The notes beneath the pieces were generated by a model. It was not told the DNA's origin and ran no database searches. It saw nothing but the letters and a program-made list of their open reading frames with translations. This document shows, in pieces, positions 48,985 to 58,855 of a stretch of 64,000 nt of DNA. Every line of letters begins with the position of its first letter. Position 1 is the stretch's first letter. The DNA comes from Omnitrophica WOR_2 bacterium RIFOXYA2_FULL_38_17. GTDB taxonomy: Bacteria; Omnitrophota; Gorgyraeia; Zapsychrales; Zapsychraceae. Location: assembly GCA_001805965.1 (NCBI GenBank), contig MHHG01000052.1, positions 13,930 to 77,929 on the forward strand. Reading direction: 5' to 3'. The translations under genes were made by a program, and so were the position numbers.

Positions 48985-51166
48985 AGATATAAAAAAAGAA
49001 ATACTGTGTACGATTGGGCCTGCATCAAGGAATGAAAAGGTTATTAAGCGTCTTGAAGATTTGGGAGTTACATTGTTTAGAATAAATTTGTCTCACACTA
49101 GTATTGATGATTTGGCCGAAGTTATTGAATTTATTCAAAAGCTTACAACAGTCCCAATCTGTTTGGACACAGAGGGTGCTCAAGTACGAACAGGCAAATT
49201 AAAAGAAACCTCTCTTAATGTTAACATAGGACAGTTGATACAGATTCCGTTTGAGCAGATTGTTGGTGATGAAACAAAATTTAATTTTTATCCAGCTGAT
49301 ATAGCAAAGAAATGTCAGGTAGGTGATATTATTAGTATTGATTTTAACTCTGTATTAATTCAGGTTATTGAACAAGGAGAGAAGGCGTTAACTGCGCGTG
49401 TTATAACAGGTGGAAAGCTTGGACAAAATAAGGCTGTTAGTATTGACCGTGAAATTGCTATGACAGCATTAACAGAAAAGGATCTAAACAGTATAGAAAT
49501 TGGTTTAAAGATGGGGATTAATCATTTTGCCCTTTCTTTTGCAAATAAGGGTGAAGATGTGAAGTTGATTAGATCTCTTGTTGGGAAGAATAAGTTTATA
49601 ATTTCAAAGATTGAATCCTGTCAAGGGGTAAACAATTTGGAGGCGATAGCGAAGCAATCGGATGCGATCCTTATAGACCGGGGGGATTTATCCCGTCAAA
49701 TTCCTATTGAACAGGTGCCAAGAGTTCAGAAGGAGATAGGACAAAGGATAAAGCATTTTGAAACAAAATTTTATATTGCTACGAATTTGCTTGAAACTAT
49801 GATTGAATCTTCTGTTCCAACTCGGGCAGAAGTAAATGATGTTTTTAATTCTTTAGTTGATGGGGTTGACGGTCTTGTTTTAGCAGCAGAGACTGCTATC
49901 GGAAAATATCCAATTGAAAGTGCAGTTATGATTTCGAAGATGATTGCTGAGTATGGAGAATTTAAGAAGGGACGTAGCTTTAGTTCAGAGGAATTACACC
50001 GAAAAGGATCTTTGTTTTTGGTTGAACCTCATGGTGGAGTTTTGGTTGAGCGCTTTTCTAAAGATAACTTAGGCAAAATTCAGGAGATGCGTAAATTAAT
50101 CGTTAGCCATGAAGATATTATAAATGCAGAGCAAATTGCAGTAGGATCATTTTCCCCTTTGGAGGGTTTTATGGGTAAGGAGGAGCTGGAAAGTGTTTTA
50201 AAGGATATGCGCCTTCCTGGTGGATTAGTATGGCCGCTACCGATTCTACTTCAAATTAAAGATGAAAAAGCAAAAGATTTAAAAGTAGGTAAAAGTTTTG
50301 CTTTATGTGTAGAGGGTGAAGAAGATGTTTATGCGGTTTTGCATTTGGATGAAATATTTAATTATGATTTAGATAAAATCGCAACTGAAGTATTTCATAC
50401 GACTGAGGAAGCTCACCCTGGGGTTAGAAAGTTAATGCACAATGGGAATTGTTTTTTAGGTGGGAAAATTGATTTGGTAAAAAGATTTCCTTCTTCTTTA
50501 AAATATTTTGAGTTGACCCCTAAGCAGACTAGGTTGATTTTTGAGAATAAGGGTTGGAGTCGGATCGTTGGATTTCATACGCGAAATGTTGTACATAGGG
50601 CTCATGAATTTATTCAATTGGAGGCGTTTGAAAGGTTACATTGTGATGGCCTTTTTATTCATCCTTTGGTGGGGCCTAAAAAGAGTGGTGATTTTAATCC
50701 AGATATTATTTGTAAGTGTTATGACTTAATGGTTAGCCAGTTTTATCCAAAAGGAAAAGTTCTTTTGGGTGCATTTCAAAATTATCCTCGTTATTCTGGG
50801 CCAAGGGAAGCTGTTTTTACAGCTATTTGCCGAAAGAATTTTGGATGTTCTCATTTTATTGTTGGGCGGGATCATTCTGGCGTAGGTAATTATTATCAAA
50901 AAGATGGCGCGCATAAATTGTTCGATGAGCTTGGTTACATAGGTATTAAGCCTATATATTTTAATGAGGTTCATTATTGTTTGAAGTGTGATCAATATGT
51001 TGAGAGTTGTTCTCATTCAGAAAGTAATATTCTTCAAATAAGTGGTACCCAATGTCGGGAAATGTTTAAAAAAAGTAAAATTCCTCCAGCATGGTTTATG
51101 AGGGAAGAAATCTCTAGAATGATTATAAGTGATATTAATGATGGTAAGGAAGTATTTGTGGAATGA
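48977..51166 (+). CDS. sat: Pyruvate kinase-like domain fused to ATP sulfurylase (Sat-type)
   Basis: N-half: CTIGPAS, RINLSH, LDTEGAQVRTG, SKIE, RGDL, PTRAE, ETAIGKYP. C-half from ~50017: PHGG, SPLEGFM, WPLPILL, HPGV, HTRNVVHRAHE, GPREA, HFIVGRDH, ISGT. Single open frame. Confidence 0.92.
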   Translation: MNKDIKKEILCTIGPASRNEKVIKRLEDLGVTLFRINLSHTSIDDLAEVIEFIQKLTTVPICLDTEGAQVRTGKLKETSLNVNIGQLIQIPFEQIVGDETKFNFYPADIAKKCQVGDIISIDFNSVLIQVIEQGEKALTARVITGGKLGQNKAVSIDREIAMTALTEKDLNSIEIGLKMGINHFALSFANKGEDVKLIRSLVGKNKFIISKIESCQGVNNLEAIAKQSDAILIDRGDLSRQIPIEQVPRVQKEIGQRIKHFETKFYIATNLLETMIESSVPTRAEVNDVFNSLVDGVDGLVLAAETAIGKYPIESAVMISKMIAEYGEFKKGRSFSSEELHRKGSLFLVEPHGGVLVERFSKDNLGKIQEMRKLIVSHEDIINAEQIAVGSFSPLEGFMGKEELESVLKDMRLPGGLVWPLPILLQIKDEKAKDLKVGKSFALCVEGEEDVYAVLHLDEIFNYDLDKIATEVFHTTEEAHPGVRKLMHNGNCFLGGKIDLVKRFPSSLKYFELTPKQTRLIFENKGWSRIVGFHTRNVVHRAHEFIQLEAFERLHCDGLFIHPLVGPKKSGDFNPDIICKCYDLMVSQFYPKGKVLLGAFQNYPRYSGPREAVFTAICRKNFGCSHFIVGRDHSGVGNYYQKDGAHKLFDELGYIGIKPIYFNEVHYCLKCDQYVESCSHSESNILQISGTQCREMFKKSKIPPAWFMREEISRMIISDINDGKEVFVE

Positions 51167-51702
51167 AAAGCGCGTTGATATTTTGGTTTAGTGGATTGTC
51201 TGGTTCGGGAAAAACAACAATAGCCCAAACAGTAAAAGTATTACTTGAGAAAGAAGGGCGTTCAGTTTTAATTTTAGATGGCGATGATGTAAGGGAGAGA
51301 TTCCATAAAAATTTGGGGTTTAACGTAGAAGATATAAAAGAGAATAATCGTTTGATCTCTGAGCTGTGTCACGAAAATAAGGATTTGTTTGATATAATTT
51401 TGGTTCCGATCATTTCTCCTTATAAAGAATCCAGGGAAAAGGCAAGAGAGTTATTAAATAATAAATTTTATGAAGTTTATGTTTCGGCGTCGCTTAAAAC
51501 AGTTATTGCTCGTGATACTAAAGGATTATATGCAAAAGCAGCTTCTGGATTGATAGATAATTTGATTGGTTACTCGAAGAATACAATATATGAAGAACCT
51601 AAGGATGCTGATCTTGTTATTAATTCAAATTATCAGAGTGTTGAGCAGTCAGTTAAAATGCTATACGAATTTGTTATTAAACAATTAAAGATTTTAAGTT
51701 GA
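51163..51702 (+). CDS. cysC: Adenylyl-sulfate kinase
   Basis: WFSGLSGSGKTT, LDGDDVR, ISPY, RDTKGLY, YEEP; ATGA overlap with the fusion gene. Confidence 0.9.
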   Translation: MKSALIFWFSGLSGSGKTTIAQTVKVLLEKEGRSVLILDGDDVRERFHKNLGFNVEDIKENNRLISELCHENKDLFDIILVPIISPYKESREKARELLNNKFYEVYVSASLKTVIARDTKGLYAKAASGLIDNLIGYSKNTIYEEPKDADLVINSNYQSVEQSVKMLYEFVIKQLKILS

Positions 51703-51719
51703 AAACACTCGGTATATTT

Positions 51720-52883
51720 ATGAAAGACTATAAAAAGTTAATGGATGTTTTGCTGCAGTTGCCAGCTTGTTCCCTCATTACAACAGGTAGAACTGGTTCT
51801 GATTTCTTACAAAGTTTATTTGATTCCCATGAACAAGTGCTTACTTATAATGGGGACTTTTTGTTTCATCAGTTTTGGAAAGAATCACTTTGTGTATCAT
51901 CTGGAAAATTTGATTTGAATGATCTTATTGCAGAATTTATTGGCAAGCATATTGAAACGCTTAAATCAAAATATGATTTGTTTGAACGAAAACATGAACT
52001 GGGAGAAGAAGGTGATCAAAGTATTGATATTGATTTAGAATTGTTTAGAGTACACATTGTTGGTTTGATTAGTGATAGAGAAGTTAATTCAAAGAATATT
52101 TTATTAGCGGTTAATGGTGCATATGCTTTGTGTTTAGGACAGGATTTACTTAATAAAAAGTTATTCTTACATCATAATCATCATTCTTCTAGCCTAAAAA
52201 GTTATTTAGTTGATTTTCCTGATAGCAAGATTATTTGTATGACGCGAGATCCTAGGGCTAATTTTGTGTCAGGTATTACACATTGGGCAAAGCATGACAA
52301 AGATAGTGATAGAGGAGCACATCTTTATTTTTATATTGAGAGGATATTGCTTGATGCACAATTTTTAAATGAATTTAAGAATGATTCAAGGGTGATCAAA
52401 ATCGAAGAGCTTGGAGAGAAAATAGTTTTGGAGAAATTATGTGATTGGTTAGGCGTTGAGTATAGTGAAACTCTTGAAGAATCAACTTGGGGAGGAATGC
52501 TTTGGAAGGGAGATAAGCTCTCAACGAGAAAGAAGGAAGGGCGAGGGTTTTCTGCAAATATTTTAAAAAATAATTGGAATGAAAAATTAAGTTTTATTGA
52601 TAAGTATATTTTTAATTTTATTACGAATAAAAGGTTAAAATATTATGGATATCAAGTGCGTCCTATTAGAAAAATAGATTATTTTTTGGTTCCAATTCTT
52701 ATATTCTTGCCGTTAAGGTTTGAATTGAGATATTTTAAACTGTCATATTTGTTAAATAATAGGACTCTTTTTCTTAGTAATTTATATTATTTTGTGAAGA
52801 GGATTGGCCTTTTCTTGAAATATTACATTCGAGAAATTAAATCTCACGATTACTTAAGTAAAAAATTAAGATTAAATAATTGA
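51720..52883 (+). CDS. Sulfotransferase family protein
   Basis: 5'-PSB-like TGRTGSDFLQSLFDSH and 3'-PB-like MTRDPRANFVS; follows cysC. Start ATG 51720 or TTG 51699. Confidence 0.75.
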   Translation: MKDYKKLMDVLLQLPACSLITTGRTGSDFLQSLFDSHEQVLTYNGDFLFHQFWKESLCVSSGKFDLNDLIAEFIGKHIETLKSKYDLFERKHELGEEGDQSIDIDLELFRVHIVGLISDREVNSKNILLAVNGAYALCLGQDLLNKKLFLHHNHHSSSLKSYLVDFPDSKIICMTRDPRANFVSGITHWAKHDKDSDRGAHLYFYIERILLDAQFLNEFKNDSRVIKIEELGEKIVLEKLCDWLGVEYSETLEESTWGGMLWKGDKLSTRKKEGRGFSANILKNNWNEKLSFIDKYIFNFITNKRLKYYGYQVRPIRKIDYFLVPILIFLPLRFELRYFKLSYLLNNRTLFLSNLYYFVKRIGLFLKYYIREIKSHDYLSKKLRLNN

Positions 52884-52907
52884 AGTCTTTCTAGGAGGGA
52901 ATAGAGC

Positions 52908-53819
52908 GTGAAAGAAGTTTTTATATCTACATCAACTTTTGCCAAGTATTCAAAAGAACCTATCGATTTGTTAGAAAGAGAGGGTTATAAAGTTAGTCTC
53001 AACCCTACCGGACAAAAAATGACGACTGATGATATTATGAAATACGGCAAGGATGCAGTGGGCCTGATCGCTGGAACAGAAAAATTAAATGCGGATGTGT
53101 TAAAAGCGCTTCCTAATCTTAAAGTTATTTCAAGATGTGGTGTTGGTTTGGATAATGTTGATTTGAATGCTGCTGAAGACTTAAATATTTGGGTTGTTAA
53201 TACACCTGACGGGCCAACACTTGCTGTTGCGGAATTGACTATAGGATTAATATTAAGCCTTATAAGAAATGTTGTGTGGATGGATAAAGACATTCGAAAG
53301 GGAATTTGGAAAAAGAGAATGGGTAACTTGCTTTTTAATAAGCGAGTTGGGGTGATTGGGTGTGGAAGAATTGGTCGAAAGGTTGTTGAATTATTGAAAG
53401 TGTTTAACTGTGAGATTTCTTATTCTGATCCTTATGTCGATTGTGAAATCCTTGGGCTGAAGAAAATGGATTTAGAAGAATTATTGAAATGGTCAGATCT
53501 TGTAACAATACATTCCTCTGGAAGCAGTGTCTTAATTAATGAGAAGCAACTGGATTTAATGAAAAAAGGAGCATGGATCGTAAGTGTGGCACGTGGTGGT
53601 GTTGTCGATCAAAGAGCCCTTTATGAATCATTGCGAAGCGGATACTTGGGTGGTGCGGCTTTAGATGTTTTTGATGAAGAACCATATAGTGGTATGTTGA
53701 AGCACTTAGATAATGTTATCTTGACGCCTCATGTTGGGTCTTATGCAAAAGAGGCGAGAGTAAAAATGGAAATAGAATCAGCAGTAAATTTAATTAATAA
53801 GCTTAAAGACTGTTTATAA
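52908..53819 (+). CDS. D-2-hydroxyacid dehydrogenase (SerA-like, no ACT domain)
   Basis: SRCGVGLDNVD, AVAELT, GCGRIG, VARGGVVD, ALDVFDEEP, LTPHVGS. Confidence 0.92.
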   Translation: MKEVFISTSTFAKYSKEPIDLLEREGYKVSLNPTGQKMTTDDIMKYGKDAVGLIAGTEKLNADVLKALPNLKVISRCGVGLDNVDLNAAEDLNIWVVNTPDGPTLAVAELTIGLILSLIRNVVWMDKDIRKGIWKKRMGNLLFNKRVGVIGCGRIGRKVVELLKVFNCEISYSDPYVDCEILGLKKMDLEELLKWSDLVTIHSSGSSVLINEKQLDLMKKGAWIVSVARGGVVDQRALYESLRSGYLGGAALDVFDEEPYSGMLKHLDNVILTPHVGSYAKEARVKMEIESAVNLINKLKDCL

Positions 53820-53834
53820 TAGGAGGTCAAATAT

Positions 53835-54275
53835 ATGACTGATAATAAAATCAGTGATAAAGATGTAAGTCATGTATTAAAAGATGATGGAGTTCATACG
53901 GTTTTGATAGGAGAAGAGTATGAAAATATTTCATGTACGGATCTTGAAACAATTAAAAAAAGATGTGGCACACCACCATGGGCTGTAAGGATTGTTTATA
54001 ATGAATTATTTGGCGGAGTTTTAATATGTCAAAAGCCAGGAGAAGGAAATAGGCTTCATTATCATCCTGATGCGGATGAATGTTGGGTTATTATGGAAGG
54101 CCAATGGGAATGGTATATTGAGGGTGAAGGAACAAAAAAAGTTAAGGAAAAAGATATTGTTGTTGTAAAAAAAGGCACGGATCATAAGATTACTTGTATA
54201 GGAGATGTTCCGGGGATACGCTTTGCTGTAACCGCTCCTGATGTAAATCATGTTTATAGTTCAAAAGGAGAATAG
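53835..54275 (+). CDS. Cupin domain protein
   Basis: NRLHYHPDADECW and HKI metal-binding motifs. Confidence 0.85.
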   Translation: MTDNKISDKDVSHVLKDDGVHTVLIGEEYENISCTDLETIKKRCGTPPWAVRIVYNELFGGVLICQKPGEGNRLHYHPDADECWVIMEGQWEWYIEGEGTKKVKEKDIVVVKKGTDHKITCIGDVPGIRFAVTAPDVNHVYSSKGE

Positions 54276-54279
54276 AAAA

Positions 54280-54999
54280 ATGAATATTGATTTTTCTGGA
54301 AAAGTAGCACTTATTGTTGGAGGTACAAGTGGTATAGGGCTTGACTTAGCAAAGCAATTAAGTTCTAGTGGTGCGAAAACTTTTGTTGCTTCTCGCAATG
54401 ACCATGGATCACTGGATAGTATTGGGTTTATTAAGTGTGATGTGAGAGACGAAAAACAGGTTAAAGGCCTTGTTGGTGAAATTATTTCAAAAGAAACCCA
54501 TATCGATATTTTAGTTAATTCAATGGCCATAAATCAATGCAAGCCAATTGAAGAGATATCGCTGGATGATTGGAAAGATGTTGTTGATACTAATATAACT
54601 GGGATATTCTTGCTTTGTAAAGAAGTTATTCCACACATGAAAAAAAGAAAGTACGGAAAGATTGTTAATATTTCTTCTATTGCAGGAAGGCACAGAAGTC
54701 CAGTGAGTGGAGTTCATTATGTAGCTACTAAGGCTGCGATAATTGGGTTTACAAGGCAGTTGGCTTTTGAGGCAGCTCCTTTTGGCATTAATGTTAATGT
54801 GCATTGTCCAAGCCAAACATTGACTCCAATGTTAAAAAGTTCCATGAACAAGGAACAAATAGAGGCTTTGGAGGCAATAATACCTTTGAAGCGGTTGGCT
54901 ACGGTTGAAGAACAAGCTTATGCGGTATTATTTTTGTGTTCAGATATGTCATCATATATGAGTGGTGCTGTTTTGGATGTTAATGGAGGGCAAATATAA
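54280..54999 (+). CDS. SDR family oxidoreductase
   Basis: VGGTSGIG, CDV, NISSIAG, YVATK, DVNGG; start ATG 54280. Confidence 0.92.
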   Translation: MNIDFSGKVALIVGGTSGIGLDLAKQLSSSGAKTFVASRNDHGSLDSIGFIKCDVRDEKQVKGLVGEIISKETHIDILVNSMAINQCKPIEEISLDDWKDVVDTNITGIFLLCKEVIPHMKKRKYGKIVNISSIAGRHRSPVSGVHYVATKAAIIGFTRQLAFEAAPFGINVNVHCPSQTLTPMLKSSMNKEQIEALEAIIPLKRLATVEEQAYAVLFLCSDMSSYMSGAVLDVNGGQI

Positions 55000-55763
55000 T
55001 GGGTAATAATAAATTTGCTCCACCAGTCGCTTTGTTGATGGGGAGGAAAGGGAGTCAAGGTCTACCGGGAAAAAATTGTATGATATTGTTGGGTAAAAAG
55101 ATAATGCATTATCCTTTGATGGCAGCTAAAACATCAAAATATGTAAAAAACATATTTGTTTCTACTGATGATGACGAAATAGCTGAAGAATCAAAAATTT
55201 TTGGAGCAGAACATATTTTGAGGCCACCTGAATTATGCACAAATAAAGCTCTTTTTGAAGATGCATTGTTACACGGTTTTCATGAAGTGACCAAAAGATT
55301 AGGAAAGATCCCGGAATTTTTAGTTGCTTTAATGTGTAATGCTCCAACGGTCAATGCTCAATTAATTGATGAAGCAATTGAGAAATTAAGAGCAGATGAT
55401 GAAGCTGACTCAGCAGTAACAGTATCAGTGTTCAATATGTGGTCACCAATGAGGGCGAGAAAATTGAATGATCAAGGATATTTGGATCCTTTTATTCCAC
55501 TGGAATTTTGGGGTGATTCATCAAAAGTTAATTGTGATAGAGATTCTCAAGGGAATGTTTATTATGCTGATATGAGTCATTCAGTATGTAAGCCAAGGTG
55601 TTTTGATGATGATATGAAAGATGGTCTTCTTCCACAAAAATGGATGGGGAAGAAAATTCTTCCTGTGAGAAATCCATTTGGTTGTGATATTGATTATGAT
55701 TGGCAAATACCGATGGTTGAATTTTGGCTTGAAAAGTATAGTGATTTTGAAAAAAACAAATAA
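54999..55763 (+). CDS. Divergent acylneuraminate/Kdo-type cytidylyltransferase (third copy)
   Basis: LLMGRKGSQGLPGKN, FVSTDD, RPPEL, DRD, CDIDYDWQ. Confidence 0.82.
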   Translation: MGNNKFAPPVALLMGRKGSQGLPGKNCMILLGKKIMHYPLMAAKTSKYVKNIFVSTDDDEIAEESKIFGAEHILRPPELCTNKALFEDALLHGFHEVTKRLGKIPEFLVALMCNAPTVNAQLIDEAIEKLRADDEADSAVTVSVFNMWSPMRARKLNDQGYLDPFIPLEFWGDSSKVNCDRDSQGNVYYADMSHSVCKPRCFDDDMKDGLLPQKWMGKKILPVRNPFGCDIDYDWQIPMVEFWLEKYSDFEKNK

Positions 55764-55779
55764 TAGAGAGGGATGTTTT

Positions 55780-56424
55780 TTGATTAAAGCAATAATATTT
55801 GATTTTGATGGAGTTATTTGTGAGTCTGCGAATATTAAAACGGAAGCTTTTGGTGAATTGTTTTCTCAATGGCCGGATGTTTCTAATAAAGCGCTTGAAT
55901 ATCATCTTGTAAATACTGGTGTTACTCGATTTCAAAAGTTTCGTTATCTTTATGAAGAATTGTTAAGGCTGGAATATACTGATGAGATTGGAGAGAAATT
56001 AAGTGATGATTTTAGTGCAATTTGTTTTGAAAGAGTTAAGCAAGCGCCGTTTGTAAAAGGAGCACAAGAGTTTTTAGAAGAATATTTTGAGCAATACAAA
56101 TTATTTGTTGCATCTGCTTCACCTCTAGGCGAATTGAAAGAAACTATTAGAGTGAAGAATTTAGAGAAGTATTTTGGCGATATTTATGGGCATCCTAGTT
56201 TAAAAAAAGATGTGGTTAAAGGTATTATGCAGAGTCGCGGGTATAAAAAGTCGGAAGTTGTTTTTGTAGGAGACGGAGAGAGTGATTTAAAAGCAGCAAA
56301 ATGCAATGATGTTTTTTTTGTCTTGAGAAAAACATCAGAAAATGATTATTTGTTTGAGCGATCTAAATACAAAATTGATGACTTAAGTGCATTGAGTGAT
56401 TTAATTTTAAAATTGCCAAATTAA
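55780..56424 (+). CDS. HAD family phosphatase
   Basis: IFDFDGVI, VASAS, FVGDGESD; probable TTG start at 55780 after a gaggga RBS. Confidence 0.88.
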   Translation: MIKAIIFDFDGVICESANIKTEAFGELFSQWPDVSNKALEYHLVNTGVTRFQKFRYLYEELLRLEYTDEIGEKLSDDFSAICFERVKQAPFVKGAQEFLEEYFEQYKLFVASASPLGELKETIRVKNLEKYFGDIYGHPSLKKDVVKGIMQSRGYKKSEVVFVGDGESDLKAAKCNDVFFVLRKTSENDYLFERSKYKIDDLSALSDLILKLPN

Positions 56425-56441
56425 GAAGATCTGGAGGAAAT

Positions 56442-57341
56442 ATGTCAAAAAAAGTTATGGTTTTTGGTGGCTCAGGATTTTTGGGAAGCCATGTAGCTGA
56501 TTGTTTAGTAGAGAAAGGTTATGATGTGTCGATCTATGATATTAAAAAATCTTCTTATTTGACTGAAGGTCAAAAGATGATAGTTGGCGATGTAACAGAT
56601 TATGATAAAGTGATCGAGGTGCTTAAGGGGTTTGATATTGTTTATAATTTTTCTGGAATAGCAGATATTCAGGAGGCTAGTGAAAACCCACTGAATGTTG
56701 TTAAGTTAAATATTTTGGGGAATACGAATATTCTTGAAGCTTGTCGTATTAACAAAGTCAAACGGTTTATTTTTGCAAGTAGCCTTTATGTTTATGGCAA
56801 TCTGGGGTCATTTTATAGAAGCAGCAAGCAGGCTTGTGAATTAATAATTGAGGATTATCAAAAGAAATTTGGATTAGATTTTATTATCTTGCGATATGGT
56901 TCTTTGTATGGTGACAGGGCGACGGGTTTTAATCCATTAAGAGATTTTATTGAACAAGCAATTAAAAAGGGAAAGATTATAAGAAAAGGTAATGGAGAAG
57001 AGATTAGGGAATATATTAATGTTGTCGATGCTGCAAGAAGTAGTGTTGAAGTAATAGAACGGGGTTTTAAAAATGAATATATGATGATATCAGGTAATCA
57101 ATCTATGAAAATTAAAGATATGTTGGAAATGATTAAAGAAATGATGAAGGGTAAAATAAAGATTGAATATAATACACCTGCCCTGGCTGACGAACACTAT
57201 GGAATAACTCCGTATTATTTTCAGCCTAAAGTGGCAAAAAAATATGTGTTGGATAGTTATTATGACCTAGGAGAAGGAATCCTGAGCCTTATTTATAAAA
57301 CACATGAAGAGTTGTTGAATGAAAGAGAGAATGGATATTAA
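56442..57341 (+). CDS. NAD-dependent epimerase/dehydratase
   Basis: FGGSGFLG, FASSLYVY, FYRSSK, LRYGSLYG, REYINVVD. Confidence 0.9.
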   Translation: MSKKVMVFGGSGFLGSHVADCLVEKGYDVSIYDIKKSSYLTEGQKMIVGDVTDYDKVIEVLKGFDIVYNFSGIADIQEASENPLNVVKLNILGNTNILEACRINKVKRFIFASSLYVYGNLGSFYRSSKQACELIIEDYQKKFGLDFIILRYGSLYGDRATGFNPLRDFIEQAIKKGKIIRKGNGEEIREYINVVDAARSSVEVIERGFKNEYMMISGNQSMKIKDMLEMIKEMMKGKIKIEYNTPALADEHYGITPYYFQPKVAKKYVLDSYYDLGEGILSLIYKTHEELLNERENGY

Positions 57342-58849
57342 TGAGAATACTGCTTGTATATTCCTCTTTGTATAAAGTTACCGGTTTGCCGCTTGGTGTT
57401 GCATCTTTAAATGCAATTCTTAAAAATAATGGACATGAAGTTTCAATATTTGAAACCACATTTTATTGTATAGATGAGTCTTCGGTAGAGATTCGTGACA
57501 GAGAAAATCGGTTGATGGCAAAAAAAGTCAGTAATGAAGATGAGCATTTAGGTACGGACCACTCGAGTAATATATTTGATGATTTAAAATTACGTTTATC
57601 AGAATTCAAACCTGATATGATGGGGATTTCTATTTTTGAATCGACTTATTTGCTGAGTAAAAAATTATTTGCTGTAGCAAAAGAAAATATTCCGTCAATA
57701 ATTACTATTGCTGGAGGGACATTCCCGATGTTGGCACCAGAAGTGGTTGTTGATGATAAAAATGTCGATATAGTCTGTGTCGGGGAAGGAGAAAATTCGC
57801 TGTTAGAATTATGTGATGCTATTGACGGTAACCTGGATTTTAGTCATATCCAAGGGATGTGGATTAAATCAAATGGTTCAATTATTAAAAATAGTATTGC
57901 TTCAATTCCTGATATAAACAAGCTGCCACCACCTGATTATACAGGTTTTGACTCTCGTTTATTTTATAAACCAATGCAAGGTAAGTATTATAAGATGGTC
58001 AATATTGAGACTTCACGTGGCTGTCCCTACAATTGTTCATACTGTGCATCACCCGCATTTAAATCAAAATATAAGAAGATAGACGGGTGTTCATATTTTC
58101 GTACTCTGAATATTGACAAAATTATGTCTCAGATATATTGCCAAATTGATATTCATAATCCTGAATTTGTTTATTTTTCAAGCGAAACGTTTTTAGCAAT
58201 GCCAGAAAGTGATTTTGAAGTTTTTATTAAAGAATATAAGAAAGTTAACCTGCCATTTTGGTTTCAGACTCGGTTTGAAACAATAACCGAAGAAAAAATA
58301 AAAAAGTTGCAGGAGGTAGGATTGTATTGGATGACACTTGGTGTTGAACATGGAAATGAAGAGTTTAGAAAAAAAGTTCTCAACCGCCATTATAAAAACC
58401 AAATAGTAGAAGCTGGTATGCATGTATTGAATAATTGTGGAGTGGGAACAACATTAAACAATATGGCTGGATTTCCGTTTGAAACCCGGGAATTAGTTTT
58501 TGATACCATTAATCTGAACAAGAAGTTGCTATCTATAAATCCACTAATTGAAACAAATTTATATATATTCGCTCCTTTTCGAGGGTGTGCACTATATGAT
58601 TTATGTGTTTCGGAAGGTTTTCTCGATAAAACGGACTTTATTAACAGTACTGATCTAAGCGATGAATCATTATTGAAATTTTCGGATGAATTTAAACAAG
58701 ATTTGAAGGGATTACTCAAAACTTTTAACCTGTACGTACGTTTAAATGAAGAATATTACCCGCGTATCAGGATTGCTGAAAAGGATGATGAAGAAGGTAA
58801 GCAAGCGCATAACGAACTTATGCAAATTGTAATGCAGCAGTCTAGGTAA
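57341..58849 (+). CDS. B12-binding-domain radical SAM enzyme
   Basis: PLGVASL, AGGTFP, VGEGE, SRGCPYNCSYC, GVEHGNEEFR, GFPFETR, PFRG. Confidence 0.92.
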   Translation: MRILLVYSSLYKVTGLPLGVASLNAILKNNGHEVSIFETTFYCIDESSVEIRDRENRLMAKKVSNEDEHLGTDHSSNIFDDLKLRLSEFKPDMMGISIFESTYLLSKKLFAVAKENIPSIITIAGGTFPMLAPEVVVDDKNVDIVCVGEGENSLLELCDAIDGNLDFSHIQGMWIKSNGSIIKNSIASIPDINKLPPPDYTGFDSRLFYKPMQGKYYKMVNIETSRGCPYNCSYCASPAFKSKYKKIDGCSYFRTLNIDKIMSQIYCQIDIHNPEFVYFSSETFLAMPESDFEVFIKEYKKVNLPFWFQTRFETITEEKIKKLQEVGLYWMTLGVEHGNEEFRKKVLNRHYKNQIVEAGMHVLNNCGVGTTLNNMAGFPFETRELVFDTINLNKKLLSINPLIETNLYIFAPFRGCALYDLCVSEGFLDKTDFINSTDLSDESLLKFSDEFKQDLKGLLKTFNLYVRLNEEYYPRIRIAEKDDEEGKQAHNELMQIVMQQSR

Positions 58850-58855
58850 AATTTT

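Noticed and set aside
48977-51702. Dissimilatory or assimilatory sulfate reduction
   Set aside because: No aprAB, cysH or sulfite reductase; followed by a sulfotransferase.
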